Origin: Octopus bimaculoides
Taxonomy: Eukaryota
Assembly (NCBI RefSeq): GCF_001194135.2
Contig: NC_068981.1
Coordinates: 61,103,054 to 61,153,757, forward strand
Reading direction: 5' to 3'
DNA length: 50,704 nt
Position 1 is the stretch's first letter; each line of letters begins with the position of its first letter. Positions 24,344-37,065 of this stretch are shown here, piece by piece. The position numbers and the translations under genes are program-made. The notes beneath the pieces were generated by a model. That model ran no database searches and had not been told where the DNA came from. It saw nothing but the letters and a program-made list of their open reading frames with translations.

Positions 24344-25901
24344 CTGAAATACCTCCGAATATAGGAAAATCTACTTCACATATACAACTGCTTATCGGAA
24401 ATCTCAGATGAAAAATTAGAATCTTCTACAATAATAAAAAAGAAGAAAAAAACACTTGCTAATATATAAGCAGCAAGCCTTGTAACCGTGGGATTCTACT
24501 TCTGCTGAAGAAAACTGTGAACAAAAGGGAGTATCTTGAGAAATTATTTTTTGTTATAATTTTCTAATTAGGCTTACAGATTTAGTAATGCTATTTGGGA
24601 AGACACTTTAACGTATCCTTGTTCGTGTGACCCATAACATAGAGATCTGAGCCTTATCTAAAATATCTACCCGTAACGAAATCCCACTGCATGCAACACC
24701 TCGTTCAGAATTTGGTCATTCAAATTGGCCTCACTGAGTGTCAGATGAACGTCGATCAATTCAAAGCTTTCTATTGTGTATATAATTGGCAGTATGCACG
24801 GTATGCTCTGGTATTCAACGTTTGGATTTCGTAAATGTACAGCGAAATCTACGAAAAAATGTAAGTAAATGGCCACCTAATAGGTGCAATTTGCGTCCCA
24901 CTATCGTTCCGTCAAGAGTGTGTACTGAATATCGTTGCTATTCAGTTACTGTGCCAGTCAAGGAGATAGTAAGTACCACTTGCTTCAAATTTGATACAAA
25001 AATTTAATAATGTTAAGTCGTAAAGTAAATTAAACATTTCATTACTTACATTTTGTAACTTATTCTTACTGCAATAAGTCTCCTCTCGTATGGTTGTGAA
25101 GAAAGTTTCATTCCTACTGTTCCTGCATTGAGAAGATGTTTCTTTCTGAATGAGATGACATCAGAACAGTGCTTTCAGCAGGTATATGCTACGTGTACTA
25201 GAAAAGAGTTTGCGATTTCGGAACTTTTTAGAAGTTACAGTCGTCTTTCCTGTCGTCGCCTTTCAAAGCTTAAATTTCAACTGAATTTCTTATTTATAGC
25301 ACTGAGTTCGGAATATCCTGTTAGTTTGCCAATGTTGTGATACGTTTTTGTGGGTGGATTCTACTCAAACTCATTTATACTTAAACATATGAATGTGCAA
25401 ATCTGCATTAGTTCGCATATTTCCTTTTACTCATCTAAGTCATTATTCGAAGTGTATGTGTAATACATTTGTCTACCTTTACACGCAATTCTTCAGAATT
25501 GTATGGATATGTGAACAACTTTTAATTCATTGGTAGAATTGGTATTGCCCAGGGCCTGTATGTGAAGTACTAGTAAAGTAATCTATTTCATTTAATCGAA
25601 ATTATCCGTCTGTAAAATATCTGGTCTTTTGCCTTCAGGAAAAACATCATAATATCGTGGTGTTATATTTCCGCATGTTTTGCCGTATCAATTGGTGTTT
25701 ATAACTTCTTATTATGCACTATAAATCTTCTTTTGTTACGGAACTTGGTTTGGACATCTGCTACTATCTAATATTCTTCCCTTGCGTAGAATCAGGGATT
25801 TAAATCAAGGAGCCATCAGTTGTTAAGGGAATTTCGGTGTTTCAGTTGGGAATGGGTTCGATATTCAAGGAAATGTATATATGATACACCCTGTAAAGAA
25901 C

Positions 25902-26050
25902 AAGACAGCGAGTTGGCAGACTCCTTTGCATGCCAGACAAAGCGCTTTTTGGCTTTTCGTCTGTTGCTACGTTTTGAGTTCAAATTCCGCATTGGCTTTT
26001 TCAATCATCCTTTCGAGGGCGATAGAATAAGTTACAACTGAGCACAAGGA
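25902..26050 (+). mobile_element. SINE family B, diverged copy
   Basis: AAGACAGCGAGTTGGCAGA...GAGTTCAAATTCCGC...TCATCCTTTCGAGGGCGATAGAATAAG. Confidence 0.8.
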
Positions 26051-27055
26051 TATAAACGACTAAAATTTCAAACCTTGTGCACATATTGAGAGGGATTTAT
26101 ATCAAAGAATAATAATTTACTTTATTTTCACAGGTTTATTTGCAGAGAAGATACTTTTCAAATGTTTTCAGAATCCATAAATTTCGCTGTATAACTGAAA
26201 GGTTTCATTGGTAAAATGAATATTCATTTGAGTAATGTCAATACCAAAATTTGTTCTTGCTCATCGGAAGTCCTATTAATTCCCTCTTTCCTACCATCAA
26301 AGAAAAACTTCTAATATTTGAATACATTACATGATGCATTCAACCTATATGTTCTTTAAGAACATAGTTTCATTAAAGCTAATTCCATTGAAACTTTCCA
26401 TTTAAAAATATCATTGATGATAATGACGATGAAATTCTAGAACTGAAAAATAATTTTGTAGAGACAAGTATTTTTCCCGAAAGCTGCTTCACAGCACTTT
26501 TGCCCTTGACGTTTCACTCGTAGTCAAAAGGTTTGTAAAGTACTATATCCACGTTGCTTTCATTCTTCTAAAACTATAGCTGTAAGACAGCTTTTACAAC
26601 GTTTGTTTTGAGAATATTAAAAAAATGAAGCAAAAGTATAGTTTGGAAATTGGAAATGAAATGTACAAACATTCAAATACTCTTTTCCGATTTCAATAGT
26701 AATCGAAGAAAAAAACACTGATTTTTCCGTGACATTAATCTGGTATTGCATTGAATATTTTTGGTTCGGAGGATACTTAGTAACATTTGTTTCTAATGTA
26801 ATTTCTTTAAAACATGAAAAACAAAGAAAATAAATCACAGAAGAAACTACGTTCATTCAGTTTTTATGGAATCCATCCTCATTTTTTATTTGATGATACA
26901 TTTTACAAATTCCATTATAAATATAATCCAAATAAATGTTTCGAATTGGAGTTTGTCTTATATTTATAAACTTTTCTCTTGTTTTCTCGTCATCTAATCC
27001 TATATCTGTAGACTACACGTCCTCAATTTTGTATTTTGTATTTTATATATACATA

Positions 27056-27086
<31 letters not shown>

Positions 27087-27400
27087 NNNNNNNNNNNNNN
27101 NNNNNNNNNNNNNNNNNNNNNNNNNNNNNNNNNNNNNNNNNNNNNNNNNNNNNNNNNNNNNNNNNNNNNNNNNNNNNNNNNNNNNNNNNNNNNNNNNNNN
27201 NNNNNNNNNNNNNNNNNNNNNNNNNNNNNNNNNNNNNNNNNNNNNNNNNNNNNNNNNNNNNNNNNNNNNNNNNNNNNNNNNNNNNNNNNNNNNNNNNNNN
27301 NNNNNNNNNNNNNNNNNNNNNNNNNNNNNNNNNNNNNNNNNNNNNNNNNNNNNNNNNNNNNNNNNNNNNNNNNNNNNNNNNNNNNNNNNNNNNNNNNNNN
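27087..27400. other. Assembly gap flanked by (TA)n
   Basis: N run. Confidence 1.
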
Positions 27401-27443
<43 letters not shown>

Positions 27444-28286
27444 TTTATAAGTATATATATGTATATATATATGCATATATGCATTTATATATCTACATGC
27501 GCACACACATACACACACACACATATGGACTGTTTTTACTCTGTTTTTGAGGTTCCACTATTACACCTATTAGGTACTCTTTGCTTCGCTTTTTTTAATA
27601 TTTTAAATGCATTAATAATAGTATCTATAAAATACTGAAGACCGTTTTCCCGTAATTGTTGAAGAAAATTCTGAGGTATTAAACATATCTTGAATGTACC
27701 TTTTGACCCAAACGATCTGAGAAACTCTCAAATGTGATCCTGATGTATGTTGAAAATGGTGCTTGGAAAAATTGCTTTCAGAATACCTGGAAAAGAATAC
27801 TTGCTATAAATTGTCTTTTGTTTTATTGCAAAGTAATTAAAATTCGTATCTTTTGCATTATCGCTTGTGTGTGTCTGCCAGGCCCAAACAGTGATAGTGT
27901 AGAGAATGTGGCAGGTAGATTGGTTAATATTAAGTTGTTGCATTAGTATGTGAGACTTATGTAGGAATCGGTTACTACATCAGGTATTGGTCCTGAAGGT
28001 TAATGCATTTCGTTTCTGCCTGGTGACCACGCAGAATATTTCTGCGTTAGTTCTGTTGTTATGAGCTATTTATTATACATTGCGTTATTGTAACAGCTTA
28101 CCACTCTGTATCGTGTTACGGAATATCCTTTGCATACGATATGAGTGTTATATATATTGTCTATTTTCTGGATTGTATGTGTAATGGTATCATTTACGTA
28201 ATCTTGTTTGCATTTTTTTTTATAATGTCCACTGCTAAAGTTAGCGTTACTGATGTTTTCAAGGAATACGAATAGACATTACATAC

Positions 28287-28397
28287 TTGAAGTCATTGGG
28301 CTTGCCGCTTGTCATCGGGAGATGCATATGCAAGAGTGACGTGCTGTGCTGAACGGATGGATTCGGTAAACTTTTCTGGTTGGCTTTGGGTCTAGAT
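28287..28397 (-). other. Candidate 111-nt exon, unassigned (SRPKANQKSLPNPSVQHSTSLLHMHLPMTSGKPNDF)
   Basis: Acceptor TTGTTTACGCGTAG, donor CAA|GTATGT, one open frame (phase 2-2), inside a GC-elevated block. No homology recognised. Confidence 0.25.
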
Positions 28398-29998
28398 CTA
28401 CGCGTAAACAATGAATGCCAAGAGAAAACAAGTAGGGTGGGTAGTCCAACCGAGACATGTATCGAATTGAAAATAATCTACGATGAATCTTGTACATTTG
28501 GCGAATATCTGCATCGTATCCAGCATCTTCATGAATTCCCTGCGAATATCTTCATCTTCATGACATTCTCCCTACTATCTACATCTGGAGTTCTCAACCA
28601 CTTTTGTGTTACCTGTGTCCCCTTTTATTCCTATTTTACTTGGGTAGACCCCCATAATAATTCAATGTTTCGAAAATCTTATATTTTTATAATTTTATAA
28701 AATAGGTAAATCATTTGTGTATTGTGGACGAATAATCAATTTATTGCACACAAACGTTACTGGTCTAAGCATAATTTTTTGATGATCCTGAAAAATTACT
28801 GTAGTTTACTATATTGTATCTGTGGAGCCATCGTATTCATGACTTACCCTCATATTACTGAAAGAGAATAGATTGTGTACCTTTTGTGTAAGACAAGTGT
28901 TCCTCTGGTCAGATTGACCATTCCCTGTCAGCATCCGTGTCTGGAAAACTGGAATCTGTCGTTTCCACTGATGAGGAGATATTTTCAATGAAATGTGGTG
29001 GTCATGTTTGTTAGAAGCTGCAGAGCATAAGTGGAGTGAAAGCGATATAAACTGTTCGGAGAATTTCTGATAGTCGATGAAGACCAATTGGCTGTTCTTT
29101 ATGGGATGACTTGTGATAACTCTCATGGCTTATTTCTAAACATTTCCGGTTTGGCACTGCTAGTGTGGGCCATTCCTATATCGGGATGACCTCTAGAAGT
29201 ACGGTAGTGTTGTCAGCAGCGCCATCCCGTCCTCTTTAAGTTTGGTCTGAAATAAACATTGTCTCTTATAATTAGCTGGTCTTGAATTTGATTAAGAATT
29301 TAACTAGCCTTAATTGATACTGGCAGATATGACATTGGTGCGTTCAAAACAATAGCAATCACAAAATATTTTCGAAATATTCGGAGACTTGTAACATTGA
29401 TTTTTAGAAATCAATGTCAAACAGGTAAGAATAATAAATTATAACAGAAAATAAATCGCACAAACACAATCATGCCATATATAATTTAATGAAAATATCC
29501 TAATGTATCTTTCTAACATACCAGACAATTAATTTCATTTTGGAATATATAGTTTTATATGAAATTTTAAATCCAGAGGCAAATAACAACATGTGTTAGA
29601 CATTTGTCAGGCCTACTCGGGTTCTAAGATGTATTGTTGCGTAAATACGGGAAAACATTAATTTGTTCAGAAATATCCTTGATTTCATTCCGGAAATTAA
29701 TTATGGCATGAGTAACTAAGGTAACTAGCAACTCCATAAAAATAATGACTCTAGAATTATCAGCAACTTGATTAGGAGGAAATTAAAATAATAAATTCTC
29801 AACGAGTTAAGTTTAGAATAAAGTGAAATGAAATAAAATTTATCGGTTTACAAATGATAATTGAATTTTATACAGATTATTTAATCTAAAAATAGCGTCA
29901 GATTTACTCCACGTGAATGTTGTTTGCAGAATCATAAATTGTATATATGCGAAATAAATTACCCGCATACTCGTCCATACATTTACGCATGTAAGTAT

Positions 29999-30049
<51 letters not shown>

Positions 30050-30469
30050 NNNNNNNNNNNNNNNNNNNNNNNNNNNNNNNNNNNNNNNNNNNNNNNNNNN
30101 NNNNNNNNNNNNNNNNNNNNNNNNNNNNNNNNNNNNNNNNNNNNNNNNNNNNNNNNNNNNNNNNNNNNNNNNNNNNNNNNNNNNNNNNNNNNNNNNNNNN
30201 NNNNNNNNNNNNNNNNNNNNNNNNNNNNNNNNNNNNNNNNNNNNNNNNNNNNNNNNNNNNNNNNNNNNNNNNNNNNNNNNNNNNNNNNNNNNNNNNNNNN
30301 NNNNNNNNNNNNNNNNNNNNNNNNNNNNNNNNNNNNNNNNNNNNNNNNNNNNNNNNNNNNNNNNNNNNNNNNNNNNNNNNNNNNNNNNNNNNNNNNNNNN
30401 NNNNNNNNNNNNNNNNNNNNNNNNNNNNNNNNNNNNNNNNNNNNNNNNNNNNNNNNNNNNNNNNNNNNN
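30050..30469. other. Assembly gap between (CA)n and (TA)n
   Basis: N run. Confidence 1.
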
Positions 30470-30497
30470 ATATATATATATATATATATATATATAT

Positions 30498-30660
30498 ACG
30501 ACGGGCTTCTTTCAGTTTCCGTCTACCAAATCCACTCACATGGCTTTGGTCGGCCCGAGGCTACAGAAGAAGACACTTGCCCACGATGCCACGCAGTGGG
30601 ACTGATTCCCGGAACCATGTGGTTGGTAACCAAGCTACTTACCACACAGCCATTCCTGCG

Positions 30661-30663
<3 letters not shown>
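30498..30663 (-). mobile_element. SINE family A head, little diverged
   Basis: Minus strand AGGCGCAGGAATGGCTGTGTGGTAAG (A-box)...GGGAATCAGTCCC (B-box-like)...CCCGTCGT, flanked by (TA)n. Confidence 0.92.
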
Positions 30664-30720
<57 letters not shown>

Positions 30721-30724
<4 letters not shown>

Positions 30725-31745
30725 TCACCAAAAGGGGCCTGCATGCACTGCAACATTTCCTTGAACCCCTCCCCTACTTCAAAGGAGCTCACAACCTATG
30801 AGACATCTCTCTCGGCAACGACACCCCGGTCTCTCGCCATTTCAGCTCTACCGGTCAGTCTTTACAGCACCAGTCTCTGCACAGGGGCCATCCGGAATCC
30901 CGTCTTCACCGTGAGCCAGAATTAATCATCTCTCTTCACTCCTTTGCGCTACATGGACTCAACCCTCCTCCCCTCTTTATCAAACCGTCCTCGTCTCTCC
31001 TCTCTTCCTCTCAGAACTACTTCCTCCCACCCACCTCTCGTCCCTTGCTCTGGCACCTACTTCCTCTCTTCATTCCTACCACCTTCTCCCTCCCACTGTC
31101 TCCCTTCATTGTCACACTTCCTCGTTACCCCACACCTACACATTCCAACCTACCTATAATCCCATCCCACCCCATCCCATCCCTTAGACCCCACCCATGC
31201 CTCCCCACTCTCGCCTTCCCTACACCCAAACAGCACCATATCACAGCACACAGCACACAAACACCACCACCACACCACACCATCACACCACACACCATAC
31301 CACACACCACCATACCACACCACACCACACCACATCCCACCACTCCGCACACACTAACACTGACCACTTCCCAGTATCTACACCATCACCCACACACCTA
31401 CACAAGCACACAGGCACACGTCAATGTTTCCAGACCCCTTTCACACGAACATACACGCTCTCACATACATGCGAACGCGCACCTTCGTGTTGGGATCACC
31501 ACTACTTCATTATCTCCCATTCTTCCTAGCTCTCCTGTGTGACCCCTCTGTCCGGCATTCGCCATGACAGATCGTTAGCCACTAAACCTTTTCCTGTTTT
31601 CTCTCCCTGTTTATTTCTGTATTCCATTCTATCGATGATGCGTAGGCTCGAAACGTAACAGATTTTCTCACTTCCCGAGCGTTCAACTAATAAAACTGTT
31701 TGTTGTTTACACACCCGTGCTCGTCTTTTGTTTTCTTCTAAATTC
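30721..31745 (+). mobile_element. Internally deleted Penelope-like element 3' part (GIY-YIG C-terminus, CAC-rich tract, 3' tail)
   Basis: GLHALQHFL, then DISLGNDTPVSRHFSSTG...RLHREPELIISLHSFALHGLN, and tail GCGTAGGCTCGAAACGT...CCCGAGCGTT. Confidence 0.7.
31632..31660 (+). ncRNA. Decayed minimal hammerhead-ribozyme-like motif of a Penelope tail
   Basis: TCGATGATGCGTAGGCTCGAAACGTA versus core CUGANGA-stemII-GAAA. The CUGA box is altered and there is a 1-nt insertion, so it is probably inactive. Confidence 0.4.
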
Positions 31746-31887
31746 TCTGTGTGTGTGTGTATATATATATAAACTTACTGTATAAAAGTTAACGCGTACG
31801 TTCTGTCGTGATACGAACAATATATGAGTATATGCATATATACGTACATGTACATACCTTCATCTACATGTACATATATATACATAC

Positions 31888-31963
31888 CTGGGTGCATGAC
31901 GGGTTTAACTCGAACGATTTTTGGAGCAGTGTGCTATCAAAGTTGACAGTGATCGACAAGCAC
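31888..31963 (-). other. Candidate 76-nt exon, unassigned (CLSITVNFDSTLLQKSFELNPSCTQ)
   Basis: Strong acceptor TGTCCTTATTTCAG and donor CAG|GTATGT. Only one frame is open (phase 2-0). No homology recognised. Confidence 0.35.
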
Positions 31964-32099
31964 CTGAAATAAGGACATACGAATGGATTTTATCTATACA
32001 TGAAGATGGCGATGAGGGATCAAGATGCTCGACGAAATGACGTTGTCATCGATGACCGGTTAGAAGACCGACCATAATAAAATACGCTGTAGATTTAAT

Positions 32100-34400
32100 C
32101 AGGTTGTATAATTGCAGCTACTTATAGTTTATCATGAAGAACTTTTTAGTACCAAATCCAGTATTTTCGATTTATACAATCTTGAATGCTATTCTAACGG
32201 TGTTTGAACTTTCTGCAATCATTTCCAGTCTTCCCATACGATACAATTTTCATTTTAAACCTCTTTTTAACATATCCAGCTTTTGATACTTCCGACTTGC
32301 ATTAGAAGGCTGTATTGACGAGTGTTTAGAGCAATATCACTCACAATACAAAACTTTGCCTTTATCAAGTTAACGGCATCTGAAAATTATTATATTTTAA
32401 TATGACACAATGAAACCATAAGTTGGGTTCAAAAGTAAGTATTGAAATATTTTGTTAACAAAATTTCCAAGTGAACCGAAACATCAGATGAATAGTGTAA
32501 GGACCTTACTTAGCTTCATGAATCACCAGCGTAAATTGTAAGGACATGTAGTTAGAAGGAAAAAAGATGAATATCAACGTATGTCAAATGCTCATTATAT
32601 ATCCTCATTATATTTCCAGTAGCAAAAAATTAAATTACGTTTACTCATTCTGGTGTGTTTCGATAACGTATTTAGTTGTGATTTATATTTTTAAAGAAGC
32701 ATATGCTTCTTATACAATCGCAGGAGGACTGAATTGTTTCCAGTGCACTGACACAAAGAGAACTTTTTGTAATTTGGATGCTTGTTCGTGGGGCACAGAA
32801 ATAGGAAGTTCTTCTACTTGTGGAGTCTCAAATCTGTTGACTGTGTCCCAATATTCAGTCCTTCAAAGTCAATCGCTTTTCACCTGTGTATTCCCCGCCA
32901 CACCTGCCGTTTTTGAGAACATAAATCTATTTCCTCGATGCACAGGTGATATGATATTTTTCGTAGTGAACGTTTGTGCTGATTTGAATTAATGCATCAT
33001 TCATTGTATAAGATTGATGCCGGTTCTACAATTACGGTGGTTACACATTTGATTATTGGTTTTGTATTTTTGTTGAATAATTTGATACTGATAAAGTAGG
33101 CTTTTTTTAAGAATCAGGTCGTCTTTTACTTTTAATATTTTGTTTTTATTTCTTTTCATTAGCAGGTGGTTCATCAAAAGGGGTATATTGTGACGGTTGA
33201 TATTGAATGCTGTCATGTTACTCAGATTGTGTGTTGATTTTATGCACTCACTTACACACACACACATGCAGAACCCCACACACACACACACACATTNNNN
33301 NNNNNNCACAATCTTCCAAACATACACGCACACACACACACATGCAGAACCCCACACACACACACACACATTTATATGTACATATACATTCATATTGGTA
33401 TACTTCGGCCATATGCACCACTTAATGCAATAATTTAAGTTATTTTGGAGTTACATTTTGTGATTTCGTAGCCCATTTAAAGAAGAAGTTTAAGAGTTGA
33501 CTGAAAACACTTGACAAAATTTGTTCAGATATGGTATGAATATTAGATAATTAAAAAATTGCCTGAAGGAGACGTAATCGTGTTGCAACGTGATTAGCTG
33601 AACTTGAACTGTGTTGGATGTGTATGCCAAGGGATCCCAGCTACGGGTGCTTTCTAAAGTTGATGTTAATTATCATTGGACAACATTGGTTACATAGTCC
33701 GCCTATTGTACAATTAATGTAGCGCCCAATGTAGCATTGGGGAGGAATAAAGTTTCTGTGTTTTAAGACGCTCCTAATGTAAGAGATGAGTAATGTTAGT
33801 TTTGTACTTTTTGTTATTTTGTAGGGGGAGGGAAGTGAGGTTGTCCCAAAGCCCGTAATGATTTGCTTCATATAGTGAAGCGGTTTTCTAAGAGTAGTCA
33901 TATACAGAAAACAGGAATGATGATATTTGGCTCTCTGGGGAAAATCGGAGGAACCAGCTTGGTATGCAATGGATGTAACCACTACAGATAAGACCGCTGT
34001 CAAAAGTTACTCCTAAGAATATCGTGAGTGGTTTTCCTGAAATAATAGAATATGGTTGTTTGAGAGAATTCTCTTTTCCAAAGAGTATGGGTTCAAATTT
34101 TCTCACATTTTACAGGATGCCTTTTCTTTCCGCGTTCTTATAGTATACAAATCAGACTAGAGTTTTCTTCGGTTTTCTTAATCCAATGCAGCAGTTTACC
34201 ATGGCTCTAGAATTTATCAGTTTTAAAAGTATAAAAGAAAATTTTGAGAATCTCAAAGAAGCGGCAAAGTGAAGAAATGCAGTTTAAAAATGCATAAAAA
34301 TAGATGGAAAGAAAATAAGGACAGTGATTAAATGACAGATACAAGCTGAGGAGAAAAAGACTGCCGAAGTCAGAGGGTGAAACACACATGTGCTGAAAGA
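32100..34400 (-). mobile_element. Penelope-like retroelement remnant (RT N-part to GIY-YIG)
   Basis: Minus strand: SSDFPQRAKYHHS (YGLPKIHK-like), KQIITGFG..LISYIRS, CNHRNCRTG, and YHITCASRK*IYVLKNGRCGGEYTGEKRLTLKD*ILGHSQQI (GIY-YIG), in the correct order. Boundaries are approximate. Confidence 0.65.
33297..33306. other. Assembly gap (10 N) with duplicated flanks
   Basis: N run, with CACACATGCAGAACCCCACACACA on both sides. Confidence 1.
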
Positions 34401-34822
34401 AGAAAGGGAGAAAAGGAAAAGAGGAAATGATGAAGGAATAAAACTGTTCGCCCGAATGGCAGAAATAATGAATGAGTGATGATGAAAGAAATACTATACT
34501 TTGGTATGTTGATTGATTTTCTCATTCGTTTATTTTTGCATGTATTTCAGTCCTCATGTTGAATAAGAATTTATAGATGCGAATGGAATCTTAGAATATT
34601 AACTAAGATTGACCACGGAAGATGTTTCAAGTATTTTAGTAAATTTATTAGTTTACTTGGTTAAATAAAAGTGTAAATGTAAGTGCGTGATTAAAATAAA
34701 ATTAAGAATAAATTTATGCATGTTTGTAATATTCTTCTACAGCATAGTTACAAAGACACATTTCATAGATAAGCGGTTAATATGGGTTTAAATCTAGTGC
34801 TCAGCTGCAGCTATTTTCTCAT

Positions 34823-37065
34823 CACAGGTTAGATGTCTGGCATAAAATCCTAGTGCTGTTTTGGACTAATCTTTGGGTGCTAATTTTAAAACTGACCTCC
34901 AATTTGTTCTATCACATCACATATTTGTGCGTCGGTGTATAATTTTATTTACTTAGATCATACCATAAATTAACTTTATACAGCTATTTGCGGGAATTTT
35001 GGCTGGATTCTCATGCTAATTTTGAATATATTCAAGCTGAGGATTACTTTAAAATCGTTTCTTTTCATTTCAGGTTTGAACTGAACCACATTTGTGTAGT
35101 TACGGATACAGAATCAAAAAGAAGGAAGTGTTGTAATGACACCGATATCCTCTGTTATATCTGTGGAATCATCACTCCAGAGCTTCAAAGGCGCAACATC
35201 AATAACATTGTCAACGTGTATCTTGCTTACTTTAAAGTAATATCCGGAGTCCAGGACAAAAGCTGGACTCCCCACAAAGTTTGCAAAACCTGTGTTAAAA
35301 CTTCGTGATTATGTTCTCAAGGAAAGAATGTAAAGCTCAAAATGTTGATGTGGATAACTGCTATTGCTGCCGTGTTAATGTAACATGCTTCGATATGAAA
35401 ACCGAACGACACTTGCAACATCCAGATATCCCATCTGCTCGCCGATCGGTTGCACAGTCTGAGGAAATACATGAGTCTGTAGTATCTATTGAGTTGTCAT
35501 ATATTGATGATGAAACCCTCAATTCACCTACTGCTGATGAAGAAGTGCAACTTATGCCAACTGATACAAACTATGATAATTTTGTGTAGTCAACCTGAAT
35601 TGAATGACCTGGTCATGGATTTGCATTTGCCAAAGCAGTCTACTGAATTTATGGCTTACACAATGCAAGAGAAACGTCTGCTGTAACCTGGAACTTATGT
35701 CTCCTTTTGTCATAACAGAGAAGCAAAAGTGTGGAAGTACTCACATGGTTAGCTTGTTTATTGCAATGATGTTGAAGTGTTTCTACTCAATACGGGACTA
35801 CAGGCACATGATTCATGTGAGTGGAGAATTATTACTGACAGCTCTAAAGGCAGCTTGAAATGTTTTGTACTACACTACAGGAAATTAAATAGTATGGATG
35901 AAACCCAATAGCACGCTCTATAAAAATGAAAGAGGAGTGTGAGAACATCAAGTTTGTTCTGGAGAGATTGCAATATCATATTCATGGATGGGTAATTTGT
36001 ATCGATTTGAGAATGGTAAATCTTGTACTGAGCCGGCAAGTAGGTTACACTAAATACCCCTGTTTCCCGTGATACTGGGATAATAGGGCTACAAAGGATC
36101 AGTGAATGGAAACAGGATAGCCCGTAAGAAACAATTTCACGCCGGATGAAAAGAACGTAATTAATGTACCTCTAGTTTATTGGAAAAGTTTCGTCCTCTT
36201 CCCACTGCACATAAAATGTAGTGCGATGAAGCAATTCATCTAAGTTCTTGATCACAGTGGAGATTACATCAGCTACATATACACCACCTTTCTAAGTCCA
36301 ATTGACAAGAGGGCAAGAATATTTGATGAGCCTCAAATAAGAACATCTACTTCTTACAACAATGAGTGTGGCTGACGCTAGAGCTTGGAATATCTTCTCT
36401 GATATGGTGCAGAAATTTCTATGGGAACAGGGAGACTGAAAAGTATCAAAAATTTGTGGAGACGTTGCTCTTTAATTTGCAAGCATTTGGGCGTAGAATG
36501 AGCTTTAAATCGCAGTACTTACACTGTCCAGTCACTTGTGTAAGTTTCCAGAGAATCTGGGTGATAATAGTGAAGAACAATGTAATAGGGAAAAACAAGG
36601 CGTTAAAGTAATGGAAGAACGTTACCAAGGCCAATGGCACTCAATCATGATGCAAGATTACTGCTAGAGCTTCATCAGAGAGATTCCAGAAGCTGTGCAC
36701 AAGAGATCATCAAAAAGAGGAAGTTATTGGAGAATGAATTATTACAATGATAAGAGATTTTGTATAGATATCTTGTTATCAGGGAAGCTTAATTCTTAAA
36801 CGCTAATGTACATTTACTCATACAACTTTGTGCTTTGATTCATTAAACAAAAAAATGGAATATTGTCTATTAAACATTGCATCTATGTATGTTTATTTTT
36901 TTTTCTTGATGAGCATTAAACATCTGTTTCTAGCAATATTAAACATTTTATATCTCAATAATCGAGTGTGATAAACAAATCCGATATCAAATTTGGATTC
37001 AACACCCAACACTTAGCTAAATACCATCGATAAACCTTGTGCTAGAAAACATGTGTTGGCCAGTG
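34823..37065 (+). mobile_element. Near full-length decayed DNA transposon, Chapaev3-like (CMC) with imperfect TIRs
   Basis: Transposase pseudogene at about 35120-36740: CCNDTDILCYICG, QDKSWTPHKVCKTC, DNCYCC, ELNDLVMDL, WRIITDSSKGSLK, DLRMVNL..QVGYTKYPCF, PLHIK, IFDEPQIR, FPENLG..SEEQ, MEERYQG. Termini are CAC(A/T)GG...CCAGTG. The family name is from my recall. Confidence 0.85.

Noticed and set aside
27000-30925. Long ORFs of 130-333 aa in the track
   Set aside because: They are artefacts of reading through N gaps and TA/CA repeats.
32567-32992. Ly6/three-finger-like exon (GGLNCFQCTDTKRTFC...) with AG/GT boundaries
   Set aside because: The opposite strand carries a collinear Penelope GIY-YIG domain, which explains the sequence better.
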